A stretch of DNA of 64,000 nt, taken from NCBI GenBank assembly GCA_016187925.1, contig JACPIS010000040.1, positions 37,242 through 101,241 on the forward strand, written 5' to 3'. A program made the position numbers and the translations under genes. Below, piece after piece: positions 24,178 through 33,366 of the stretch (positions within the stretch are counted from its first letter, which is position 1; each line of letters opens with the position of its first letter). The notes below the pieces were generated by a model, which made no database searches, was not told where the DNA came from, and saw only the letters and a list, made by a program, of their open reading frames with translations. Origin of the DNA: Opitutia bacterium (GTDB lineage: Bacteria; Verrucomicrobiota; Verrucomicrobiia; Opitutales; Opitutaceae).

Positions 24178-24561
24178 TCAGCGACCGCGCCGCGTGCGGG
24201 TGCGCCGGATGCGCACGCTCACGCCGGCGAACTTGAACGTGACCGGCGGCTCGGGTTTCACCACCTCGACGCTCACGGCCCGCGCCCGCGCGAAGCGCGC
24301 GAGCAGACGCTGCGCGATGTCCTCGGCCAGCGCCTCGATGAGGTAGCGGTGGGCGCCCTCGACCACCTCGCCCACGACGGACTGCACCGCGCAATAGTCG
24401 ATGGCGTGCGCCAGGTCGTCGGTGCGGCCCGCCCGCCGCAGGTCGACCTCGAGCTCCACGTTGACGCGGAACTCCTGCCGCCGGCGTTTCTCGACGGGCA
24501 ACACGCCGTGGCAGGCGTTGAAGGTCAGATCGGTCAGGACGAGTTTGTCGGGCTGGTTCAT
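24178..24561 (-). CDS. folB: Dihydroneopterin aldolase
   Basis: 127 aa. Contains GVLPVEKRRRQEF.V.VEL and TDDLAHAIDY motifs. Lies between folP and folK. Confidence 0.88.
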   Translation of the reverse strand: MNQPDKLVLTDLTFNACHGVLPVEKRRRQEFRVNVELEVDLRRAGRTDDLAHAIDYCAVQSVVGEVVEGAHRYLIEALAEDIAQRLLARFARARAVSVEVVKPEPPVTFKFAGVSVRIRRTRTRRGR

Positions 24562-25499
24562 GGGGAAAAATCGAGGCCCTGTTTCAGCGCGTCGGCCAGG
24601 CGCACGTAGCGACGCATCGCCGCCACGTCATGCACGCGCACCATCGCGCAACCCTGCTGGATGCCCCAAACGATCGTGGCGCCGGTGCCGTCGAGCCGGT
24701 CGCCGACCTCGGTGCCGAGCACCTTGCCGATCGTGGATTTGCGCGACGTGCCGAGCAGCACGGGATGGCCGAGCGCGACGACGCGCGCGAGGTCGCGCAC
24801 AACGGCGAGGTTGTGCGGCACGTCTTTGGCGAAACCGAAACCCGGATCGAGCCAGAGCTGGGGCGCCGGGATGCCCGCCGCCGCGGCGAGTGCGAGGCTC
24901 AGCCGCAGATCGAGCAGGAAGTCCGGCCAGAAATCCGTGTAGTCGCGCGCCGGCCGGTTGTGCATGGCGATGACCGGGCAGCGCAGCGCCGCCACGGCCG
25001 CTGCCATCGGCGTCACGCCCAGCGGGGGCGCTTCGGCTGCGCCGCGAGCGCGCGCGACGGTGAGCCAGCGCGCGCGTTCGGCCACGGGCAAGCCGTGCGT
25101 GAGGCCCCAGACATCGTTGACGATGTCGGCGCCGGCGCGGATGGCGGCGGTGGCGACGTCGGCCTTGTAGGTGTCGATCGAGACCGGCACGGCGGGCCAG
25201 GCGCGCCGCAGCGCCGCGAGCGCGGGCAGCACGCGATCGAGCTCCTCCGTCGCCGAGACGGTCGCGGCGCCGGGCCGCGTGGACTCGCCGCCGAGGTCGA
25301 GCACGTCGGCACCCTCGGCGATCATCTGCGCGGCCCGGTCGACCACCGCCTGCGGCGTCGGCAGCTGGTTGCCGTCGGAGAACGAGTCGGGCGTGAGGTT
25401 GAGGATGCCCATGATCAAGGTCCGCGCCCCCGGCGCCGGCAGCGGCCGGCCGTGGGGACTGCGCCAGGCGACCTGGGCTCTCGCGGGCTCGTTTAACAT
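24558..25499 (-). CDS. folP: Dihydropteroate synthase
   Basis: Contains GILNLTPDSFSDG, DLGGESTRPG, SIDT and NDV motifs. Its stop overlaps the folB start (ATGA). Confidence 0.93.
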   Translation of the reverse strand: MLNEPARAQVAWRSPHGRPLPAPGARTLIMGILNLTPDSFSDGNQLPTPQAVVDRAAQMIAEGADVLDLGGESTRPGAATVSATEELDRVLPALAALRRAWPAVPVSIDTYKADVATAAIRAGADIVNDVWGLTHGLPVAERARWLTVARARGAAEAPPLGVTPMAAAVAALRCPVIAMHNRPARDYTDFWPDFLLDLRLSLALAAAAGIPAPQLWLDPGFGFAKDVPHNLAVVRDLARVVALGHPVLLGTSRKSTIGKVLGTEVGDRLDGTGATIVWGIQQGCAMVRVHDVAAMRRYVRLADALKQGLDFSP

Positions 25500-25585
25500 G
25501 ATGGGGCTGCCATCTTTACCGCTATTGTGTCACTGGCAAGTCCCGGAACTTGACCCGGCTGCCTTCCTAAGGATAGTGCAGCCTC

Positions 25586-26152
25586 GTGCTGCTGGTCATC
25601 GACAATTACGACTCGTTCACCTTCAACCTCGTCCAATACTTCGGGCAACTGGGCGTGGCCATGCGCGTGTTCCGCAACGACGAGCTGACCCCGGCCGAGG
25701 CCGAGAAGCTCAACCCCGACCGCGTGCTCATCTCGCCCGGCCCGTGCACGCCCAACGAGGCGGGCATCAGCCTCGACATCTTCCGGGTCTTCGCCGGCAA
25801 GAAGCCCATCTTCGGCGTCTGCCTCGGCCACCAGGCCATGGGCCAGTATTTCGGCGGCAAGGTCATCCGCGCCCCGCGCCTCATGCATGGCAAGATGTCG
25901 CCCATCCTGCACCGCGGCACCGACGTGTTCGCCGGCCTCCCCTCGCCCTTCACCGCCACGCGCTACCACTCGCTGATCGTCGAGCGCGTCAGCCTGCCCG
26001 ACAGCCTCGAAATCACCGCCGAGACCGCCGAGGGCGAAATCATGGGCCTGCGGCACAAACAATTTCCGATCTGGGGTGTCCAATTCCACCCCGAGTCCAT
26101 CGCCACCGAAGGCGGCATGCGGATTCTCCAAAACTTCCTCTCGCTCAATTGA
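25586..26152 (+). CDS. pabA: Aminodeoxychorismate/anthranilate synthase component II (glutamine amidotransferase)
   Basis: Contains [24 protein letters not shown] (catalytic Cys) and FHPES. GTG start. The pabA versus trpG choice is guessed from its position next to the folate genes. Confidence 0.88.
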   Translation: MLLVIDNYDSFTFNLVQYFGQLGVAMRVFRNDELTPAEAEKLNPDRVLISPGPCTPNEAGISLDIFRVFAGKKPIFGVCLGHQAMGQYFGGKVIRAPRLMHGKMSPILHRGTDVFAGLPSPFTATRYHSLIVERVSLPDSLEITAETAEGEIMGLRHKQFPIWGVQFHPESIATEGGMRILQNFLSLN

Positions 26153-26155
26153 CCC

Positions 26156-26638
26156 ATGCGTTGCCCCAAGTGCACCTCCATTGAGGACAAGGTGATCGAT
26201 TCCCGCATCGCCCGCGACGGCAACTCCATCCGCCGCCGCCGCGAGTGCCTCGAGTGCGGCCACCGCTTCACCACCAACGAGGAGTTCGTCCGCGACAGCC
26301 TTGTCGTCGTGAAGCGCGACGGCCGCCAGGAGCCGTTCCTCCGCGACAAGCTCGTCGGCGCCGTCCGCGCCGCCTGCCACAAGCGCCCGATCGACGGCGA
26401 GCAGATCTCCATGCTGGTCGAAGACGTGATCGACGCCGTCGAGGCGCGCTACGACAGCCAGGTGCCGACCAAGGCCATCGGCGAGCACGTCATGCAGCGC
26501 CTGCGCAAGATGGACCAGGTCGCGTACGTCCGCTTCGCCAGCGTCTACAAGGAATTCCGCGACGTCTCGGAGTTCGTCGACGAAATCACCAGCCTTGCCC
26601 CGGGCGCTTCCGGCGTTACACAGAAGCCCAAGAAATGA
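26156..26638 (+). CDS. nrdR: Transcriptional repressor NrdR
   Basis: Contains MRCPKC....KVIDSR zinc ribbon, RRRREC..CGHRFTT and an ATP-cone. Confidence 0.95.
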   Translation: MRCPKCTSIEDKVIDSRIARDGNSIRRRRECLECGHRFTTNEEFVRDSLVVVKRDGRQEPFLRDKLVGAVRAACHKRPIDGEQISMLVEDVIDAVEARYDSQVPTKAIGEHVMQRLRKMDQVAYVRFASVYKEFRDVSEFVDEITSLAPGASGVTQKPKK

Positions 26639-27117
26639 TGCGCTCCGCCAAACTGCGCCGGCTGCACTTCCTCAACGCGCTCTTCGCCCCGCTCACGGGC
26701 CACGCTCTTTACCTGGCCGAGCAGATCGACGCGGCCATCACGACCAGCCTCGACGACACCACCCGCGACGAGCGCACGCCGAACGACCCGGCATTCGTCA
26801 ACGCCGCCGCCACGCTCTTCGGCCGGCTCTGCGCCACGCAGCCGCGCCACGGGTTCTTCCATTGGGACGCCGCCGCCGACACCGCCGGGGCCGATCCGCT
26901 CTTCGCCCGCGCCGGCCTGATGCAAGGCCTCAAGCAGCTCGCACCCTTCGACGAGTCGACCGTGCTCGTCACCAATCTCCGCTCCGCCCACTGCCCGCCC
27001 GACCGCCGCTGGACCGAGCGTCGCCGCCGCGCCTACGATGACACCCTGACGCTCCTCCGCGAGCTCACCGCCGCCCGCACCCGCCGCGGCGCCAGCGTGA
27101 ACGTGCTGTTCCTTTAA
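26635..27117 (+). CDS. Hypothetical protein (160 aa), start overlaps the nrdR stop
   Basis: ATGA overlap at 26635-26638. Third codon positions are strongly GC-rich. I recognise no family. Confidence 0.6.
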   Translation: MMRSAKLRRLHFLNALFAPLTGHALYLAEQIDAAITTSLDDTTRDERTPNDPAFVNAAATLFGRLCATQPRHGFFHWDAAADTAGADPLFARAGLMQGLKQLAPFDESTVLVTNLRSAHCPPDRRWTERRRRAYDDTLTLLRELTAARTRRGASVNVLFL

Positions 27118-27120
27118 CCA

Positions 27121-27192
27121 CCACGAAACACACCAAAAACACGAAAGGGAAATCCCCGCTCCGCGTTTTTGTGTGTTTCGTGTATTTCGTGG
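27121..27192. repeat. Imperfect palindrome built from CACGAAA-type motifs
   Basis: CCACGAAACACACCAAAAACACGAAAGGG ... CGCGTTTTTGTGTGTTTCGTGTATTTCGTGG. Same motif family as 33793..33969. Confidence 0.75.
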
Positions 27193-27205
27193 CGACCACC
27201 CTCCC

Positions 27206-27550
27206 ATGAGCAAAACCATCTTCCAAAAGATCATCGACCGGGAGATTCCGGCCAAGCTCGCCCACGAGGACGAGCACTGCATCGCGATCCACGACATTAA
27301 CCCGCAGGCGCCGGTGCACGTGCTGGTCATCCCGAGGCGGCCCATCGCCCGCGTCGGTGAGGCCAAGGCCTCCGACGCCGCCCTGCTCGGCCACCTGCTG
27401 CTCGCCGCCGCCGACCTCGCCCGGAAGCTCGGCATCGCCGAGAGCGGCTACCGGCTCGTCATCAACAACGGCCGCGACGGCGGCGAATCCGTCCCGTATC
27501 TGCACGTCCACCTGCTCGGCAAACGCCCCCTCGCCTGGCCGCCGGGCTGA
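27206..27550 (+). CDS. HIT-family (histidine triad) nucleotide-binding protein
   Basis: Contains MSKTIFQKIIDREIPA, D.NPQAPVHVLVIP and the histidine triad HVHLLG. Confidence 0.92.
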   Translation: MSKTIFQKIIDREIPAKLAHEDEHCIAIHDINPQAPVHVLVIPRRPIARVGEAKASDAALLGHLLLAAADLARKLGIAESGYRLVINNGRDGGESVPYLHVHLLGKRPLAWPPG

Positions 27551-27689
27551 ACGCGGCTTCGGGGTTTGGATCGTATGCGGCCGACGCCTCGCATCACACT
27601 CCGGCTTGGTAACCGTGCAGGAGCCTGCTTGCAGGCGAAGAGAAACGCGCGCCAACGAATCGTGTGCTGCCTCGCCTGCGACACCTCTT

Positions 27690-27759
27690 GTAGAGCCTCA
27701 CCTTGTGTGAGGCCTTTGGCCGTGGCGAACGCGAGGCTCGACACAAGGTCGAGCCCTAC
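27690..27759. repeat. REP/REPIN-like inverted doublet (GTAGAGCCTCACCTTGTGTGAGGC / GAGGCTCGACACAAGGTCGAGCCCTAC)
   Basis: Each arm is itself a hairpin, and the arms are inverted with GTAG heads pointing outward. Confidence 0.75.
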
Positions 27760-27783
27760 GAAGCGGATGAGCTCTCCGATTCT

Positions 27784-27861
27784 GTAGGGCGGGGTCGCCG
27801 ACCCCGCCTTGAATGTGTTGCCGACTGCGCAGCCTCGGTGGGGTCAGCGACCCCGCCCTAC
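27784..27861. repeat. REP/REPIN-like inverted doublet (GTAGGGCGGGGTCGCCGACCCCGCC / GGTGGGGTCAGCGACCCCGCCCTAC)
   Basis: Read directly. It abuts the S9 peptidase stop. A related single unit is at 35627..35651. Confidence 0.8.
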
Positions 27862-27864
27862 AAT

Positions 27865-29952
27865 TCACCTCAGGTATTTCGCCAGCCAGCCGCGGAGCTC
27901 GCCGTACCAGTAGCGGCTGTCCTCGCCGCGGAGGATCCAGTGACCAGCCTCGGGGAAGACGAGCAGCTTGCTGGGCACGTTGAGTCGCTGGTTGAGCGTG
28001 AACCACATGTAGGCGTTGTTCACCGGCACGCGGTAGTCGAGCTCGCCGACGGTGATAAGGATGGGCGACTTGAAGCCGGTGCCCTTCGCGTGGTTGCCGC
28101 CCTGCATGACCGGGCTCTGCTCGCGCCACACCGGACTGTCGCCCCAGATCGGGCTGCCGCTGTTGACCTCGCGCCCGAAGATGCTGTCGCTCGTGCCCCA
28201 CTGCATGATCAGGTCGGCTTCGCCGGCGTGGGAGATGATGCACTTGTAGCGCGTGGTGGTGGCTTGCAGCCAGTTGGCGAGATGGCCGCCGTAACTGGCG
28301 CCGCCCGCGGCGATCCGCGAGCCGTCGATGAAGGCATAGCGCTTCACGGCCTCGTCCGCCGCCTCGTTGAGCTCGTCGGCCGGGCCCTTGAGCGGGTCGA
28401 ACTGGATCGAGCGGGCGAACTCCTCGCCGTAGCCGGTCGAGCCCTTGTAGTCGGTGAGCAGCAGCACGTATTCCGCGCCGGCTAGCAGGTGGTAATTCCA
28501 GCGGAGCACGAACGTGTCGTGCCACATGCTGGCCGCGCCGCCGTGGATGACCATGAAGAGCGGATACTTTTTCGCCGGGTCGAAGCCGGCGGGCTTCACG
28601 AGCATGTTGTGGATCGTGCGGCTGTCGGAAGCCTTGAACTCGAAATGCTCCACCGGCAGCAGGTCGAGCGTCGCGGCCTTGGCGGCGTTGATCGACGTCA
28701 GGCGTTTCGGCGCGCCGTTGAACAAGTAAATCTCCGCCGGGCTGACGGCGCTGTCCCACGTGCCGACGAGCGCGGCGCCGCCGGCGTTGAGGCCGCCAAT
28801 GGTGCCGGTGGCGGGTGAAGCTTCGTCCCGCACGTCGCCGCCGGCGAAGCTGACGGAGTGCAGCTGCTCGATGCCTGCGTGCTCGAAGGTGAAGTAGACG
28901 CGGTCGCCGCCCGCAGGCAGCGCGAAACGCGAGACCGCGCGGTCGAGCCCGGCCGTGAGCACCTGGCGCCCGGCGGCGTTGAACGGCCACGGGAAGCTCG
29001 CGAGGCGGGTCAGGTCGTAGACCTTGCCGGGCGTGTTGGGATCGGTGAGGCAAAAGAGCGTCTTGCCGTCGGGCGAAAACTGCAGCGCGCCGTAGCTGGA
29101 CATGTCGTTGGTGAGGCGCTGCGGTTCGCCGCCGCCTGTGCCGACAAGATAGAGCTGCGTATTGACCGCCGCCCGGGCGGCCTCGTCGCGGTTGGTCGAG
29201 ACGGTGAAAACCACGCCGCTGCCGTCGGGCGTCCACTCGGCTTCGATGGCTTGGCCGTCGTCGCTCTGGCCGCCGCCGAAGCCGGGCAAATCGGCGAGCT
29301 TGGTACCGGCGAGCAGGTCGCGCGCCTTGGCGCCGGCCTGGGCGTCCATCACGAAGAGGTGGGCCTTTTTGTCGTCGAGCCACGCCATCCAGAAGCGCGG
29401 CGGGAACTGCTCGTAGGCGCGGGCGTTGTATTTGCGGTCCTTGCGCTCCTTGGCGATTTTCTTGATGGCTTCCTCGTCGCTGGCGCCAGGGAACACGTCG
29501 CTGACGAACAGCAGCTGCTTGCCGTCGGGGCTCCACTTGGCCTGGCGCGCGCCGAGTGTGAGCGTGGTGAGCCGCTCGGCCTCGCCGCCGGAGAGGTCGA
29601 GCACGTAGAGCTGCGCCGCGTCGTCGCCCTCGCGCTTGGCGCCGAAAACGAGCTTCCGGCTGTCGGGCGACCAGCTCACGCCGCCCTCGCCGCCCTTGCT
29701 GTAGGTCAGCCGCCGCGCGGGCGTGTCGTCGGTGAGCGACTTGAGCCAGAGGTCCGACCACTGTTCCTTGGCGTCGTAGGCCGGCTCGGTGACGGCGTAG
29801 ACGGCCCACTTGCCGTCGGGGCTGGCGACGGGGGCGCCCACGCGCTTCATCAGCCAGACATCCTCGTGGGTGATGGCGTGCTTCGGGGTGGTTTCCGCGG
29901 CGCCCATCCAGGCGACCACGCAGCAGAACAGGGCAACGAATCGGAGCTTCAT
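27865..29952 (-). CDS. S9-family serine peptidase (prolyl oligopeptidase / acylaminoacyl-peptidase type) with N-terminal beta-propeller
   Basis: Signal peptide MKLRFVALFCCVVAWMGAA, WSPDG-type propeller repeats, and a C-terminal alpha/beta hydrolase with GASYGG nucleophile elbow. Confidence 0.88.
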   Translation of the reverse strand: MKLRFVALFCCVVAWMGAAETTPKHAITHEDVWLMKRVGAPVASPDGKWAVYAVTEPAYDAKEQWSDLWLKSLTDDTPARRLTYSKGGEGGVSWSPDSRKLVFGAKREGDDAAQLYVLDLSGGEAERLTTLTLGARQAKWSPDGKQLLFVSDVFPGASDEEAIKKIAKERKDRKYNARAYEQFPPRFWMAWLDDKKAHLFVMDAQAGAKARDLLAGTKLADLPGFGGGQSDDGQAIEAEWTPDGSGVVFTVSTNRDEAARAAVNTQLYLVGTGGGEPQRLTNDMSSYGALQFSPDGKTLFCLTDPNTPGKVYDLTRLASFPWPFNAAGRQVLTAGLDRAVSRFALPAGGDRVYFTFEHAGIEQLHSVSFAGGDVRDEASPATGTIGGLNAGGAALVGTWDSAVSPAEIYLFNGAPKRLTSINAAKAATLDLLPVEHFEFKASDSRTIHNMLVKPAGFDPAKKYPLFMVIHGGAASMWHDTFVLRWNYHLLAGAEYVLLLTDYKGSTGYGEEFARSIQFDPLKGPADELNEAADEAVKRYAFIDGSRIAAGGASYGGHLANWLQATTTRYKCIISHAGEADLIMQWGTSDSIFGREVNSGSPIWGDSPVWREQSPVMQGGNHAKGTGFKSPILITVGELDYRVPVNNAYMWFTLNQRLNVPSKLLVFPEAGHWILRGEDSRYWYGELRGWLAKYLR

Positions 29953-29982
29953 CCGGCCAGTGTCATAAACCTCCCGACCGAG

Positions 29983-31119
29983 TCAAACGCGGGCTTCGAA
30001 CGTCCCGTCGGCGCGCTTGGTGACGAGTTTTTTCAGCTCGAGCGACATGAGGGTGGCCGAAACCTCGGGCGCGCTGAGGTCGCTCGCGGCGGCGAGGTCG
30101 TCGATGCCCAAGAGCGCGCCGCCGCGGAAACACTCGACCAGTTTCGCCTCGACCGGGGTCAGCTTGCCTTGCAACTGTTCCAGCACGCTGGGCTGCCCTT
30201 CCGGCTGCGGAATGGCCGACGGACGCAGGCCGCCGAGGTAGCTGAGTTCGTTCAGGATGTCGTCGACGCCTGTCAGCAGCGTCGCGCCGTCGCGGATGAG
30301 CTGGTGGCAACCGGCGCTGCTCGGCTGGTCGATGCGGCCGGGCACGGCGAAGATGAGCCGCCCCTGTTCGCCGGCGAAGCGCGCCGTGATCATCGCGCCG
30401 CCGTCGACGTCGCTCTCGATCACCACGACCGCGTCGCTCATGCCGGAGACGATGCGGTTGCGCATGGCGAAGGACTGCCGGTCGGCCTTGCGGCCGAAGG
30501 GAAATTCCGCGAGCACCGCGCCGCTCTCGGCGATGCGGCGGTAGAGGCCGAGATTTTCCGAGGGATAGATGATGTCGATGCCCGTGCCGAGCACCGCCGC
30601 GGTCTTGCCGCCGACGGACAGCGCGCCCTCGTGCGCCGCGGTGTCGATGCCGCGCGCCAGCCCGCTGACGACGCAGAAGCCGAGCCGCGCCAGCTCGGCG
30701 CCGAGTTTCTTCGCCGTCGCCTGGCCGTAGAGCGTCGTCCGCCGGCTGCCGACGAGCGCGATGCACGGCTGCTCGAAAAGATAATCGCCCTTCCGGTAGA
30801 GCCCGATGGGCGGGTCGTGGATTTCCTTCAGCATCCGCGGATAGCCTGCGTCGCGCGCCGTGATGAAGCTCGCGCCGGCCTGCGCCAGCCGCTCCTCCTC
30901 GCGGGCGAGGTTGAAGTGCTGCTCCCACGCGAGCACCGACGCGCTCGTCTCGGGGCCGACGCCGCGCACCGCCTCGAGCTGGCGCTTGGTGGCGGTGAAG
31001 ATTTTGAGCGGATCGCCGCCGAACTCGGTGAGCAGGCGGTTGAGGGTGATCGGGCCGATGTTGGGCAGATCGTTCAGAATCATGAACGCCTGCCGCTCGG
31101 TCAGTGAGTCGTGGGCCAT
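29983..31119 (-). CDS. dprA: DNA-processing protein DprA (Smf)
   Basis: Contains VGSRRTT.YG, SGLARGIDTAAH and a C-terminal winged-helix tail. Confidence 0.9.
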   Translation of the reverse strand: MAHDSLTERQAFMILNDLPNIGPITLNRLLTEFGGDPLKIFTATKRQLEAVRGVGPETSASVLAWEQHFNLAREEERLAQAGASFITARDAGYPRMLKEIHDPPIGLYRKGDYLFEQPCIALVGSRRTTLYGQATAKKLGAELARLGFCVVSGLARGIDTAAHEGALSVGGKTAAVLGTGIDIIYPSENLGLYRRIAESGAVLAEFPFGRKADRQSFAMRNRIVSGMSDAVVVIESDVDGGAMITARFAGEQGRLIFAVPGRIDQPSSAGCHQLIRDGATLLTGVDDILNELSYLGGLRPSAIPQPEGQPSVLEQLQGKLTPVEAKLVECFRGGALLGIDDLAAASDLSAPEVSATLMSLELKKLVTKRADGTFEARV

Positions 31120-31122
31120 GTT

Positions 31123-31191
31123 GGGAGAGGAGCTTTATGCCCCGACTTCGCGTTCGAATCGGTCACGGCGGAAAGCCGCCGCTCCTACTCC
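31123..31191. repeat. GGGAGAGGAGCTTTATGCCCCGAC arm plus a degenerate inverted partner
   Basis: The left arm resembles 8121..8142. The right arm (31162..31191) is only loosely complementary. Confidence 0.5.
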
Positions 31192-32702
31192 GAATGCAAT
31201 GCCGGTTGCAGAGTGTCGAACAACTGCGTCGTCTGCACGGCCACCTGGCCCTTGTCGCGGGCGAGCAAATCCGCAGCGAGCCCATGCCACACTACGCCGC
31301 GACCGGCGGCGAGCAGCAAATCGCCCGGCGCCTGCGCCAGCAGCCCGCCGATCAGGCCGGCCAGCACGTCGCCACTGCCTCCGCGCGCCAGCACCGGCCC
31401 GCCGAAGAGACTGAAGTAAGTCTGCCCGCCCGCGCTGATCCGCGTCGGATAACCCTTGGCCACCAGCACGCCGTCCTTGCGCCAGCCGGTTTCCGCGGCG
31501 ATCCGCGCCAACTCGCCGGCGTGCGGCGTGGCGATGAGCCGTTTGCCCGCGGCGGCAGCGAGAATCTCCGGCCGCAGCGCGTCGGCATCGAGCAACAGCG
31601 GCACTGCGGCGGCGCGCACGATCTCCTGCACGGTCGCGAGAGTTTCCGACTCGGTGCCGAGCCCGGGGCCGATGGCCAACGCGGAAGCGCGCGGCAGCTT
31701 TTCGAGCAATAGTTTCAGGCCCGACGCAGCAAGGCCGCCGTTGGGCGTCTCCGGCCAGGCGACCCACATCGCCTCGGGAAAGCGCGCGGCATACTCGGGC
31801 ACCAACGACGCAGGCACGAAGGCCGTCAGCAGCCCCACCCCGCTGCGCAGCGCAGCCTGCACGGTGAGCAGCACCGCGCCCGGGTAGCTGCGCGAGCCAC
31901 CGACCACGAAGAGATGACCGAAGGCGCGCTTGTCGGACTGCGCCGGACGGAGCGCGGCGAGCGGCGCGAGGAGCGAAGGGAGCAGGACGTGCTGCAGCGC
32001 TGGCGGCTCGTCGGGGACGACTCGCCCTACCTGGAAGAAGCCGAGGTCGAGGTAGCGGATGCGGCCGACAAAGGCGGCGTTGGCGGGCGCGAGCACGGGC
32101 ACTTTCACGATGCCGGTCGCATAGGTGAAATCCGCGCGGAAGACCGTGGCGGCGTTGGTCTCCCCGAGTCCGCTGGGCAGGTCGACCGCTGTGCGCAGGC
32201 GGAGGCGCGGATGCGTGTTCACCCAGGCGAGGATTTCCGCGGTGGCGTCGTCGAGCGGCGGACGGAACTGAAAGCCGAACACGCCGTCGAGGCAGACGTC
32301 GTAACCCGCCAGTTCGCTTTTCAACCCCGGGAAAGTCACCTCGCGCACGCGCGTGCCGCCGAGCTTGAGCAACTCATCCAGCGCGCGGCGCGCCAACGGG
32401 CGGAGCGCCAGCTCGCCGAAGCACAGCAGCACATCGGCGCGGACCAGCGGGCGGGTTTCGAGCAGCGTCTTCGCCGCCAGCAGGGCGTCGCCGCCGTTGT
32501 GCCCCTTGCCAGCCAGCACGAGCAGTCGCGCGTTGTCCGGCAGGCCGCCGATCTCGCGGCTGTCACTGAGCACGGCGCAGGCGATGGCGCCGCCCGCGCG
32601 CTGCATGGCCGTCCACTCCGCCGCCTCGTCCTGGAGCAGCGCGGCCTCCCACGCCTTCGCCTCGACGCAGGTGAGCACGGGATGGGATGCAAGCGGCGGC
32701 AT
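31185..32702 (-). CDS. nnr: Bifunctional NAD(P)H-hydrate repair enzyme (epimerase + ADP-dependent dehydratase)
   Basis: N-terminal YjeF_N domain with GKGHNGGDAL. C-terminal carbohydrate-kinase domain with GGSGDVLAG. Confidence 0.9.
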   Translation of the reverse strand: MPPLASHPVLTCVEAKAWEAALLQDEAAEWTAMQRAGGAIACAVLSDSREIGGLPDNARLLVLAGKGHNGGDALLAAKTLLETRPLVRADVLLCFGELALRPLARRALDELLKLGGTRVREVTFPGLKSELAGYDVCLDGVFGFQFRPPLDDATAEILAWVNTHPRLRLRTAVDLPSGLGETNAATVFRADFTYATGIVKVPVLAPANAAFVGRIRYLDLGFFQVGRVVPDEPPALQHVLLPSLLAPLAALRPAQSDKRAFGHLFVVGGSRSYPGAVLLTVQAALRSGVGLLTAFVPASLVPEYAARFPEAMWVAWPETPNGGLAASGLKLLLEKLPRASALAIGPGLGTESETLATVQEIVRAAAVPLLLDADALRPEILAAAAGKRLIATPHAGELARIAAETGWRKDGVLVAKGYPTRISAGGQTYFSLFGGPVLARGGSGDVLAGLIGGLLAQAPGDLLLAAGRGVVWHGLAADLLARDKGQVAVQTTQLFDTLQPALHSE

Positions 32703-32740
32703 GCGCCCAGCCTACCCGGGGCCCGCAACGAGAAAAGGAA

Positions 32741-33361
32741 TTAAAGGCCGGCGCCCGGCGTCAGAGCGGGATATCTCGGCAACGGCGGAGGCGGCGGGGA
32801 CGGCGCATAGGATTGCTCCATCGGCTTGGGCGACTCTGGGTCATGCTCGGATACCGGCTGGGCAAACGGCTCCGGCATGCGCGGCGGCAGGTCGACGATC
32901 GGTTCGCTCGCCGGGTCGTAGTCCGGATGCTGGCGGTGAAACGCGTCGTGGTCCGCCTGCGGTTCGGTGAACACGATCGGCAACCGGCCGCGGACGCCGT
33001 GATCGATGAAGGGCCGGGACAATCTCTGGATCGTGCGGAAATAGAATTGCCCGTGCACGCGACGTACCTCGTAGAAATCACTGAAGCGCTTCCGGCGGGC
33101 GTTCCAGACGGCGATCTCGGTGGCATCGTCCTCCCAGACCGCATAGCCGCCCCAGCGCTGGAAAGTCTGCTCCGCGCCCGCCAAAGTCCCCGCATCCCGG
33201 GGCGCGTCGGAAGCGGCGGCCGGTTTCTCCCGCACCTTCACCTGTTCCGCGGCGGGCGGAGCTTTGGACGTGTCGGATTTGAACATCACCCAACCGAAGC
33301 TCAGACCCATCGCGAAACCCAACGTCAGCCAAAGAGGAAAGCTGTTACCGTTGGCCGCCAT
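32741..33361 (-). CDS. Hypothetical membrane-anchored protein with Pro-rich C-terminus
   Basis: ATG 33361 lies 5 nt after the acpS stop. One N-terminal TM segment (FPLWLTLGFAMGLSFGWVMF), GC-rich third positions, no recognised family. Confidence 0.55.
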   Translation of the reverse strand: MAANGNSFPLWLTLGFAMGLSFGWVMFKSDTSKAPPAAEQVKVREKPAAASDAPRDAGTLAGAEQTFQRWGGYAVWEDDATEIAVWNARRKRFSDFYEVRRVHGQFYFRTIQRLSRPFIDHGVRGRLPIVFTEPQADHDAFHRQHPDYDPASEPIVDLPPRMPEPFAQPVSEHDPESPKPMEQSYAPSPPPPPLPRYPALTPGAGL

Positions 33362-33366
33362 GGCAG

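Noticed and set aside
25550-25577. Sigma70-like promoter candidate TTGACC-N16-GATAGT upstream of pabA
   Set aside because: It would place the transcription start almost on the GTG start codon, implying a leaderless GTG mRNA, which is unusual. Promoter consensus for this lineage is unknown to me, so I did not report it as a feature.
27173-27205. N-terminal ORF extensions encoding FRVFRG peptides (also at 33778..33816)
   Set aside because: They are translations of the CACGAAA/TTTCGTG repeat arms. The conserved protein N-termini (MSKTIFQ for HIT, MNIVLPP for AcpS) start downstream.
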